A stretch of DNA of 54,069 bases from a virus. Lineage: Duplodnaviria; Caudoviricetes. The translations under genes were made by a program, and so were the position numbers. Positions within the stretch are counted from its first letter, which is position 1. Every line of letters starts with the position of its first letter. The stretch lies in IMG/VR virus record IMGVR_UViG_3300036768_000196, positions 1 through 54,069 of that record; one strand, given 5' to 3'. This document shows positions 30,040 through 37,948 of this stretch, piece after piece. The notes under the pieces were generated by a model. The model saw only the letters and a list, made by a program, of their open reading frames with translations, made no database searches and was not told the origin of the DNA.

Positions 30040-32054
30040 GTTGATTTCTCCTTAAGTTGTTGCAGTTGCTGTTGATGCTGTGCATCTTTTAGAGCCATCT
30101 TGTTTTGGGCATCTCTCATGAATATTAACTGTTTATGTCTTGCAGCCTCTGCCTGAAGTCTTGCATCCATGATCTTCTTCTGTAGATCGATGGCATGTTC
30201 TTGTCGCTTCATTGCCAATTCGGCTTCTTTACTTCTTTGATCGAGTTCCGCCTGCTTCTGTTTTGCAGCGATATCCATCTGGCTCTTGGCCTGTTCTGCC
30301 TGCATCTTCATCTGCATCTCAAGCATCTTTGGATCAGGTTTTTGCTGAATTTGTGGAGAGCCAGTCTCTGCCAGACCAGGGATAAGTTTTTCCCAATTTG
30401 GCTGCTCCTGAGCCTGCAAGATCCTTTTAGTTACCTCAACAGGATCAATGGTACCAATTGGCAGCAGATCGAGTAGAGCAACTGCTTTCTGTAGTTTCTC
30501 CTGTTGTGAAGAAGCATTTGGATCTGCCGCAGGACAGATATCATACAGATCCTTGTTGAAATCGTCTGGATTTACTGGATCATCCAGAACGGCAATATAT
30601 GTTTTCTCGTCCAGATACTCGCTATTCAGGTAGAAAATCTTCTTGAATTCCTTGTCAAGAGCCCGATAAATCCTCTTGTAGATGGCAGTAAATACCTTCA
30701 TACCCTGCTCGATAGATGCCATCGTAGTGGTTGCAGGAGTATTCTGCCCTGGCATCTTGCCTACGAAGATTTCTGCCACGGATGCCAGTTCCTTCCCACT
30801 AGTTATAAGCATACCAAGAAGTTGGTATAGCACACTTGAAGGCTCTTTTGATGGAATTGGGACCATCTGCTTACGAAGGTCATCGGCAGCAGCATTTACT
30901 GCCCGCCATTCCCCCGGCTGCAAAGGAGAAGACCCCATTTTGAGCCTTAGTCCCTTGCCAACGAAACCAGCTTGCAGGTTTGCCAGTGTACCAGAGTCTA
31001 CAAGCTGGTTGATTAGGGTATTTACTGACTCATTCAGTGGACCAAGAAGGTGTCCAAATCCAAGATCATAGAAACTTCCATCTGGATTCGGGATAAAGGG
31101 GAATTTTATGTAATTGCACATGGCATTAATGCGTACAATTTCCCCTTTATCATTAGTAACGATATCCTTTGGAAGGAATCGAGGAACTATTCGCAGAACT
31201 TTGCTGGATTCATAGTGGAAAGTTACTGTATAAGGCTCCTTAATTCCATCATCATCAAGATCAAGCCAAGTTCCCTGCTGAATGATCTTGTAAGGAACCA
31301 GAGATTCTGGCATAACACCATCTGGTTTGTTCAGAGGTTTCTCTGTGACTGGTGGAGATCCAAGATCAATGTCCAGATATTCGCCAGATTTCTGTTTTTC
31401 CTTGAGAACTCGTTCATGAATGTATAGGATTTCGGAGAACCGTTCAGCAGTTTCCAGATCCTGTGCCCAGTAATCTACCACAAAGTTCTCTGGATACACG
31501 AGTTCAGAGACAATTTTGTCTTTTTCCTTGCTATAGTAGATCTTTTTGAATACAACACCAGTGATGGCAAGCATCATGAGAAGCCGGTCCATGTCTTCTT
31601 CCCACCTTGGCATATCATACATCAACTGCCAAGACATGTATTTGGAGACACGGTCTGCTTTTGCTGCTTTTTGTCCATCAGGATCTTTACCGATGATTTT
31701 GACTTTGACAATGTTACCGTCGCTGGGCACCAAGGATGGATAAGCCCTGGCAGAAAACTGCATTGAAGCAGTGGAAATCAAGGGATATTTGACGTTAGAG
31801 GCACCAACCCAAGGCCATGTTTTCTCTTCCCGAGTCTGTTTTGCCAGTGTCATCCATTCCTGTGTCTCATCCAGCCACAGTTTACGTGAGGTTTCATCAG
31901 CATCAAAGCCCAATTTGGCATCCATGCCAATCTTTCTTAGCTTATCCTCGTCAATTTTTTCTGCGAGGTTGTCTTCCTCGATAAGAGAAAGAAGCTTAAT
32001 ATCCTGTGATTGCTGACCTTCCTGATATGGTGAGACCTGATCGCTGTAGTTCAT
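29991..32054 (-). CDS. Portal protein
   Basis: 687 aa after TerL; PW.GASN..YP, FYDLGFGHLLG, NQLVDSGTLAN; Q-rich C-terminal helical extension. Confidence 0.85.
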   Translation of the reverse strand: MNYSDQVSPYQEGQQSQDIKLLSLIEEDNLAEKIDEDKLRKIGMDAKLGFDADETSRKLWLDETQEWMTLAKQTREEKTWPWVGASNVKYPLISTASMQFSARAYPSLVPSDGNIVKVKIIGKDPDGQKAAKADRVSKYMSWQLMYDMPRWEEDMDRLLMMLAITGVVFKKIYYSKEKDKIVSELVYPENFVVDYWAQDLETAERFSEILYIHERVLKEKQKSGEYLDIDLGSPPVTEKPLNKPDGVMPESLVPYKIIQQGTWLDLDDDGIKEPYTVTFHYESSKVLRIVPRFLPKDIVTNDKGEIVRINAMCNYIKFPFIPNPDGSFYDLGFGHLLGPLNESVNTLINQLVDSGTLANLQAGFVGKGLRLKMGSSPLQPGEWRAVNAAADDLRKQMVPIPSKEPSSVLYQLLGMLITSGKELASVAEIFVGKMPGQNTPATTTMASIEQGMKVFTAIYKRIYRALDKEFKKIFYLNSEYLDEKTYIAVLDDPVNPDDFNKDLYDICPAADPNASSQQEKLQKAVALLDLLPIGTIDPVEVTKRILQAQEQPNWEKLIPGLAETGSPQIQQKPDPKMLEMQMKMQAEQAKSQMDIAAKQKQAELDQRSKEAELAMKRQEHAIDLQKKIMDARLQAEAARHKQLIFMRDAQNKMALKDAQHQQQLQQLKEKSTLAPKKPSGSNGKGTQ

Positions 32055-33525
32055 CGTTATATTCTTCTTCCTCTATTTCTTCCTGTGTCGGTGCTTCAGT
32101 AATGTAGTCAAGAAGCATGCCAAGCCACGCCAATGCGTCCACCTGGTCATCATGTCTTCCCCTTGGAAAAATGACAAGTTCTTCTTCCAATAAGTTATAC
32201 CAGTCAGATTTCTTGTCGAATTTGACTGTCTTGGCTCGCATCCGTGCCTGAATCACACGAGCACGCTGAACTTTGTCTTTCCCTTTGTGTTTAAGCTGGA
32301 CTATTGGTGGATAGATGCCTTGACGCTGCATCTCTTCACGAAGAAATGGACCAATTGCCTTGGAGATCATCATTTCTTCTATGCCAACTGCCGCAAAATC
32401 GTAGATTTTATGCAGATTAAGCAGCGTATCTACGATCTCTCTGCCATCCATCCGCTCGCGTATGATGTTTTTGATGTGCAGAATTTTGTTTTCATCAACG
32501 CCAGCAATACAAAATACGGTCCAGTCAGCTCTTGTTTCAGTAGAAATTGCCAAGTCCACCGTGCAATAATAGACTACCGGCTTCTTGTAATCCTCTTCCG
32601 TCATCGGAAGAAGGTCTCCACGCTTGAAATATGCAACAGATTCATCAATTGGATTGTTCAGATACTCCTGAGAATACAGATCAAGAGCACCATCACTGGC
32701 ATATTTCTCTTTCTCTGCTACCCAGTATTCCTTTGGAAAACGCTCCTCCCAAAGGAAATGCTTCATTTCTTCATCATGGGCACGGTATTTCACCGAATAC
32801 CAGCCTCTCACGCGCTTATCTGGCCACTCTATCCAGGTCTTTAGTGGAGAATGTTTGACGAATTTATCACTGTCACGTGGCAATAGGCGGTTCAATTGGC
32901 TATCATGATGAAGAACCGTTCCCCACATTCTAAGTTTCCCTGTTGGAGAGCGGCAGGGCATCAGAGCACCCATGAACCATCTACGGAGTTTTTCACGGCG
33001 ATCCTGGTTCATTACCAGTTCGTCGTTCTCAAGATCGTCCACAATTATCAAATCAGGGCGGGTGCCGTTCCAGTTCAGACCACGGAGTTTCTGTTCAGCA
33101 CCCTTTGCAATGACACGGAACATGTATCCATCGCTCATTTCCACGATCATGTCTGTTTCCGTGTCTTTTACTAGTTTTACTTCTCCTTTCTCGTTCTTCT
33201 TGATTCCGAACAACTCGATCAGATCTTCGTTTTCGGTTATCTCTGCCTTCATAGCACCGAGGAACATCGCTGCCTGTGCCTCAGTGTCGGAAACGATTAG
33301 ACAAAATTTGGAAGACCTGAAAAGGAGTTCAGCAAGGCCATACGACAAAGTTCCAGCAGTACTTTTTGCATGGCCTCGTGGAGCACCAATAGCTACGTTC
33401 TTGTGCTCCGAGCAAGCCATTTCCCAGATTTCACGATGAAATTCAGGGATTGCGGTTGCATTATCGAATCGTTTTGATAGTACAGAGCCTACGAAACCTG
33501 CGACTATGTCAGCAGTAAGTTTCAC
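31996..33525 (-). CDS. terL: Terminase large subunit
   Basis: Walker A PRGHAKST, Walker B IIVDDLE, nuclease VDLA and HDDQVDA. Confidence 0.95.
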   Translation of the reverse strand: MKLTADIVAGFVGSVLSKRFDNATAIPEFHREIWEMACSEHKNVAIGAPRGHAKSTAGTLSYGLAELLFRSSKFCLIVSDTEAQAAMFLGAMKAEITENEDLIELFGIKKNEKGEVKLVKDTETDMIVEMSDGYMFRVIAKGAEQKLRGLNWNGTRPDLIIVDDLENDELVMNQDRREKLRRWFMGALMPCRSPTGKLRMWGTVLHHDSQLNRLLPRDSDKFVKHSPLKTWIEWPDKRVRGWYSVKYRAHDEEMKHFLWEERFPKEYWVAEKEKYASDGALDLYSQEYLNNPIDESVAYFKRGDLLPMTEEDYKKPVVYYCTVDLAISTETRADWTVFCIAGVDENKILHIKNIIRERMDGREIVDTLLNLHKIYDFAAVGIEEMMISKAIGPFLREEMQRQGIYPPIVQLKHKGKDKVQRARVIQARMRAKTVKFDKKSDWYNLLEEELVIFPRGRHDDQVDALAWLGMLLDYITEAPTQEEIEEEEYNDELQRSGLTISGRSAITGY

Positions 33526-33659
33526 CGGGACTTACGCTCTCTTTGTGGCTTCCAACCAGTTTTACGCAAAGTGCCATACACGTATGCGTCGGCTCTTTCT
33601 CCTTTGAGTCCCTTTTTCTTTGCTTCTTTCTTGAGTTTTTCTTCCATTGCTTTTGGCAT
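33522..33659 (-). CDS. Small basic protein, 45 aa (MPKAMEEKLKKEAKKKGLKGERADAYVYGTLRKTGW...), absent from ORF track
   Basis: Fills the gap; GTGA overlap with the terL start. Confidence 0.7.
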   Translation of the reverse strand: MPKAMEEKLKKEAKKKGLKGERADAYVYGTLRKTGWKPQRERKSR

Positions 33660-33660
33660 A

Positions 33661-34452
33661 TTATTTCACCAAACTTTTGTAAATATCGGAAACCAATTCA
33701 GGTCTCCATTTCATAGGTTCAGGATCTCTTGCATCCCATCTGGTTGATCTCCAACCTGTGAGTGATTTGTATGCTTCTGCTGTACGAGGATTGAACAATG
33801 TTTCCTGTAAAACAGGATCTTTCGTAAGATCAACCCCATTTTTCATTTCCAGTCCTACAAGGGTAGCCATGATTTCATTGAATTGCGTATATGGATCGTT
33901 TTCCAGTTCCTTGCTTTTTATCGTATTCTCATGTCCATATCCAATAGTATTCAGTTCAGGGTATTTCTGCCTTAGATATGGGAGTACCTTAAGATACCTG
34001 GCTACGAATTCTCCAGTAGGAATTCCAGCACGCTTGGCAAATTCCCGGTCTCTCTGTACACCAGCGCGCTGCCCACGAACGTTCCAAAGGTGATCAGCTT
34101 CATGCAGATCCCTCAATCCCGGATCCATTGAATCATCTCCAAGATTGATGAACATGGTTTCTGCACCCTTTTCCAGTGGATTTACGAAGGCAGCAGCCCT
34201 ATCCTCATATGGATTACCAGTGGGTGGCTTGTAGTAATAGGTTTTGGTAAATCCCTGCACGAAAGGATTCCCGGTTGCAGGAACTGAACCATACATCGGA
34301 ATACGGCCAGCAGGATCTACAAACTCCCTGGCATAGACGTTGTAGATTTTCTGTGCCTTATATTTGGGATCGTTGAGGAAACGTAATTCTTCCTCACGGG
34401 GCATTGCCATTTGGGCATCATAACGCCTTGCCAGTATTTCAAGGGGGCTCAT
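33661..34452 (-). CDS. Hypothetical protein with HEADH (HExxH) motif
   Basis: LHEADHL and downstream NEIMA. Confidence 0.6.
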   Translation of the reverse strand: MSPLEILARRYDAQMAMPREEELRFLNDPKYKAQKIYNVYAREFVDPAGRIPMYGSVPATGNPFVQGFTKTYYYKPPTGNPYEDRAAAFVNPLEKGAETMFINLGDDSMDPGLRDLHEADHLWNVRGQRAGVQRDREFAKRAGIPTGEFVARYLKVLPYLRQKYPELNTIGYGHENTIKSKELENDPYTQFNEIMATLVGLEMKNGVDLTKDPVLQETLFNPRTAEAYKSLTGWRSTRWDARDPEPMKWRPELVSDIYKSLVK

Positions 34453-34724
34453 CGGCTAGCTCTCTGTTTCCTTAATGCTTCTTTACGAAGGTTTGTTTTA
34501 TCAGACACTGCCCGTAGATTGGACATAGAATTACCGCCACCATAGATGATAGGCAGGATATGATCAACCTGTTTGTTGTCTCCTTTGCGTACTTTCCCGG
34601 CTTTTTCCATTTCCCTGCGAGCAAGGACACGCTGCACCCGGTCCTTGAGCCGGTGTTTGGCTTTCTTCAATTCCCATTCATGTTCACGCTTATAATCACG
34701 CTTACCGTTTTTCTGGAATGGCAT
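34449..34724 (-). CDS. HNH endonuclease (packaging-associated)
   Basis: RDYKRE...VDHILP...N..SNLR....N. Confidence 0.8.
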   Translation of the reverse strand: MPFQKNGKRDYKREHEWELKKAKHRLKDRVQRVLARREMEKAGKVRKGDNKQVDHILPIIYGGGNSMSNLRAVSDKTNLRKEALRKQRASR

Positions 34725-34733
34725 TTTTAAGAA

Positions 34734-35309
34734 TTACTCCTGTTTAGTATGTTCTAACATCTTTGGGGTTACGTCAGTTACTTCTAACACCCTGGTCTTG
34801 TTAGCCATTTTGGCGAAGGCATCAGCAAGAGCAGTCAAGCGGTCCTGAATCTGCTGCTTTGCAGCTTCGTCTTGTGGTTTGTCATCAAGCTTGGCTTGCC
34901 TATCTAGTAATCCAGCAGCAACGTTCATGGCGTCTCTCATGACTACTGGTTTACGTTTCATTTCCCCTGTTTTCTGGTCATAGATCCAGTCACCATTCTC
35001 CAGCCTGTCCATGGTGACGTCCAGTGCCTTCTCGGCAATCTTCTTAAGCCTGTTGGACAGCTTGATAGTGTTTTCGGTACGGAGTTCGATTACAAGATCG
35101 TTCCACCACTTGGAGTATCTCCATGTCTTGACGGTATCGAATGGGATACCAAGGGAAGCAGCTACGGTAGGAAGGTTACCTACTACCATCCAGAGCTTCA
35201 CAGCTTCGAGCTTCTCTGCATCGGAGTACCAGTGTTTGACACCTTTTTCTGCCTTCCTTTTCTTTTTTGGACTAGGAAGTTTTTTAAGATTTTCTGAATC
35301 ACTTAACAT
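34734..35309 (-). CDS. Terminase small subunit (putative; HTH)
   Basis: HTH-like VAASLGIPFDTVKTWRYSKWW followed by helices; first gene of the late arm; start uncertain (35309 or 35384). Confidence 0.6.
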   Translation of the reverse strand: MLSDSENLKKLPSPKKKRKAEKGVKHWYSDAEKLEAVKLWMVVGNLPTVAASLGIPFDTVKTWRYSKWWNDLVIELRTENTIKLSNRLKKIAEKALDVTMDRLENGDWIYDQKTGEMKRKPVVMRDAMNVAAGLLDRQAKLDDKPQDEAAKQQIQDRLTALADAFAKMANKTRVLEVTDVTPKMLEHTKQE

Positions 35310-35334
35310 TTTTTTTCTAAAAATCCTCTTATCA

Positions 35335-35545
35335 AGCCAAAGAAGTTGCGGAGGATTACAGCAACTTCTTTGGCTCTTTACCAAGTCATCAGGAAGGTAC
35401 TGAAGTACCTTCCTAATGACTTGTATTGCGAAGCCTGCTCCCGAAAGGTCCCAAAAACCTTTCGGGGTAAGCAGGCTTCGCTCAATGCGAAGCCAATGGA
35501 CTTAATAGTTATTAAGTCCTTTGGCTTCGCTATAAGGCGAAGCCT
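35335..35545. repeat. Array of near-perfect inverted repeats
   Basis: 35335-35349/35361-35375, 35382-35401/35404-35423, 35429-35449/35457-35480, 35498-35506/35511-35519 and 35523-35530/35537-35544. Confidence 0.85.
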
Positions 35546-35564
35546 TATTTTTTTATAAAACGTT

Positions 35565-35593
35565 ATTATAGCATATTTTTCGAATTTTGTCAA
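35565..35593 (-). promoter_or_regulatory. sigma70-type promoter for the structural arm
   Basis: Reverse complement TTGACA-17 nt-TATAAT with TGn extension; overlapped by a 14-bp inverted repeat (35576-35609). Confidence 0.85.
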
Positions 35594-35849
35594 GTCAAAA
35601 TTCGAAAAAGGTATCCCATAAATATGGTATAATACCATATTTATGGTATAATATATCTTTTTTTATAGTTATACTATACCATTTTTATGGTATACATGCT
35701 TTTTTTGAAAATATGCGGCAGCGTGAAATGATGCCTTACGCTCCACTCATAGCTGCCGCTTTTCCCCCCACCGGGGGGTCTAATCATCGCTGCCGCATTG
35801 ATCGTGCCCGCTCTCGGCGTTGCCGATTGCATCGCGGGCACTACTGAAA

Positions 35850-35970
35850 GCATGCGAGCAGTGCTCGCGTAGATGCATGCGCTTGATCATATAAAAGCGC
35901 ATGCTTGATACATCTTTACTGTGTAAAGATGTATTCTGCATCCATCTTTTAGGTTAAAGATGGATGCTTG
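35850..35970. repeat. Second array of inverted repeats
   Basis: GCGAGCA/TGCTCGC, GCATGCGCTT/AAGCGCATGC, ATACATCTTTAC/GTAAAGATGTAT and GCATCCATCTTT/AAAGATGGATGC. Confidence 0.8.
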
Positions 35971-36132
35971 ATCTATCTTATTGATTTAAAAGGGATTTCT
36001 AGTACATCTTTTCCATACATAGACTTAGCAGCGCCGACACCGTGCGATATCGGCAAACTTTTCACCTTGTGAAATTTCTAAAACTTTTAGAACGTGCTGC
36101 GCGCAGTACCTTAAACGCGGTATAGCGCGAGC

Positions 36133-36161
36133 TTGCGTTATTGCCTAAGCCGTGCTACAAT
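36133..36161 (+). promoter_or_regulatory. Probable early sigma70 promoter
   Basis: TTGCGT-17 nt-TACAAT with TGn extension, upstream of the first + arm gene. Confidence 0.6.
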
Positions 36162-36211
36162 GCTTCTTAGATTGTGAGGTTGGCTCACAATCATCACTTG
36201 GGAGATTGACT

Positions 36212-36406
36212 ATGAAGTCTGGACGTGAGGAAATCATCCGCATTCTTATGAAACGCGACAAGCTTTCATATATGGAAGCTTTCGCGCAGTACAACGAAGG
36301 AATGAAGGCAGTGCATCGGGCATTGCTCGATGGTGATGACGTCGAAGCGGTTTTCTGCGAGGAATTCGGTCTGGAACCGGATTACCTTTTCGACGTTCTG
36401 GCATAA
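36212..36406 (+). CDS. Small early phage protein
   Basis: SD GGGAG; LMKRD...EEFGLEPDY pattern. Confidence 0.75.
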   Translation: MKSGREEIIRILMKRDKLSYMEAFAQYNEGMKAVHRALLDGDDVEAVFCEEFGLEPDYLFDVLA

Positions 36407-36426
36407 CTTACTTGGGAGAATGCACC

Positions 36427-37068
36427 ATGCAAGTCGAAATCGAAGGCAAAGGCGCGGTGAACGTTCCTGACAAGCTGGCCGCCGAAGTGCAATCGGCGGT
36501 TAAGACTACCGAAGGATCTACCGCCAAATGGCGGGATTTGTGGCCGAAGGTTGAAGACACCTTTGGCGATAACGCTTTCACGCGCGGCACGCCTGAATAT
36601 AAGGCAGTGCACCGCTTCGTGGCATCCATGCATCCCGCTTGGCGGGAAGCTCCCGAAAGGGGGGATAACTCGGATGCTGCTAACTCGGCGCGTGCGGGAC
36701 GCGCACAAGCCCTGACCGTGGCATCCGTGGCCATGTCGCTTATGGCCAAGTATCGTGCCCAACATTATAATGAGGGCGCTGAACGTGGCCCCCGGCGCAA
36801 GATTGCTTACGCTGAAAAGCGTACCCTGATCATCAAGACTATCGCCCGCTTCGCAGAAAAGGGCGATGCCCAAGCTACCGCCGACTTGGCCGCATTGCGG
36901 GCTGCTAAGGCCGACAAGCAAGCCGAAAGGATCGATGTAGCACTCGCGCAGCCCCGCACGATCGGCGCAGAGTCGCGGCAGCCGGGTCCCGTCACGGTCA
37001 CCAAGCCCGCACCCGCCAAAGCCAAGGTTCGCAAGGCCAAGGCCGAAGCCCAAACCGCCACGGCATAA
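36427..37068 (+). CDS. GC-rich early protein with Lys/Ala-rich tail
   Basis: SD GGGAG before ATG 36427; ends KPAPAKAKVRKAKAEA; terminator follows. Confidence 0.7.
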   Translation: MQVEIEGKGAVNVPDKLAAEVQSAVKTTEGSTAKWRDLWPKVEDTFGDNAFTRGTPEYKAVHRFVASMHPAWREAPERGDNSDAANSARAGRAQALTVASVAMSLMAKYRAQHYNEGAERGPRRKIAYAEKRTLIIKTIARFAEKGDAQATADLAALRAAKADKQAERIDVALAQPRTIGAESRQPGPVTVTKPAPAKAKVRKAKAEAQTATA

Positions 37069-37080
37069 CGTGGAACTCAG

Positions 37081-37110
37081 AAAGCCCGCTTAACCGCGGG
37101 CTTTTTTTTT
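37081..37110 (+). terminator. Intrinsic terminator
   Basis: AAAGCCCGC-TTAACC-GCGGGC followed by a T run; a second hairpin plus T run at about 37126-37156. Confidence 0.85.
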
Positions 37111-37252
37111 GTCCTTTGATCCTACAGCCGCGCCAGCATAGGTGCGGTTTTTTTTTATGCCCAGTTCCTCGCACTGTGACTGCGCCGAAAAAGGTCGGTC
37201 AACAAAAAGCGGCGACAAGCCCAAAGCTGCAAAACCGCTGCGGCGCGTCAAT

Positions 37253-37281
37253 TTGACATAGCCTTGGAAGTGTTGTATAAT
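37253..37281 (+). promoter_or_regulatory. sigma70-type promoter
   Basis: TTGACA-17 nt-TATAAT exact consensus. Confidence 0.9.
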
Positions 37282-37290
37282 AACAACATA

Positions 37291-37321
37291 GACTGAGAAA
37301 ACAGTCATCGTTCTTTCACAA
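37291..37321 (+). promoter_or_regulatory. boxB-like hairpin plus boxA-like antitermination element
   Basis: GACTG-AGAAAA-CAGTC then CGTTCTTTCACAA (compare boxA TGCTCTTTAACA), about 10 nt after the -10 box. Confidence 0.55.
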
Positions 37322-37364
37322 TGCAAAAATTCTAAAAGTTTTAGAAAAAGCTTTTAGAAAAAAA

Positions 37365-37930
37365 CTAGAAGGCAAGGCGCGCATGATCCTGCCCATATGG
37401 GTGCGGGAAAAGGCAAAAGCAGTTGCGCTGTATAAAAATTATTTTTAGTGCAATTGGACTGGAACGGCGTAAGGTAGGGTGCAGTTAATAAAAGCAATGC
37501 CCCACAGACAAACCGAGATTCAGTGCCGAACGACATAGACGCGACTATGGAAAGCTGGTCGGAGAGCCAGCGATGTAGTGCGAAACCTGCCTTCGAGTCA
37601 GCAGTGCTGCGGGTTGGCATCCGTGGCACTGTTGGCGAAGCGACTAGCATAAAGTCCCCAAAAGGGATGGTCCGTGCGCGGTAGGACAATCTGGTAGTGC
37701 GGAATCGGGAAATCCGATAGAGGGTCACCGCACGGTTGGCCAGAATCGCTATAGAAAATGAACCCCTCGACTCTATTCCCGGTGCTTGACCCAAACAGGC
37801 CGGAGAATCCTGCACGCAGCCTGAATAGGATTTCACTCGAATCCTCGGCGTGCCCTTCGATTCCCTGTACGGCGAAAGCACTGAAAGGAATTGAGAGCAA
37901 GGCTATCGAAGAGGTAGCCTTGTCATCAGT
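37365..37930 (+). ncRNA. Candidate large structured non-coding RNA (family unassigned)
   Basis: No + strand ORF in the track; GC-elevated; many stems with G-U pairs, long-range helices and loop-downstream complementarities. Confidence 0.65.
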
Positions 37931-37948
37931 CCCTTGAAAGGAGCCAAA

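Noticed and set aside
9672-34093. Many + strand ORFs antisense to the structural genes
   Set aside because: They are shadow frames of long - strand genes, with no RBS or motif support.
35378-35847. ORFs 35378-35638 (-), 35346-35558 (+) and 35587-35847 (+)
   Set aside because: They overlap the promoter and palindrome arrays, lack a convincing RBS and are likely spurious.
35335-35970. CRISPR array or mini-array
   Set aside because: The repeats are inverted and differ from one another; there are no regularly spaced direct repeats with spacers.
37354-37900. Minus-strand ORFs 37354-37881 and 37598-37900
   Set aside because: They are antisense to a strong promoter, have no recognisable motifs and are likely by-products of GC-rich structured sequence.
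37365-37930. Group I/II intron, RNase P RNA or tmRNA
   Set aside because: No interrupted gene, no P7 GACTA/TAGTC pair, no domain V, no GAGGAAAGTCC core and no tRNA-like CCA end were recognised.
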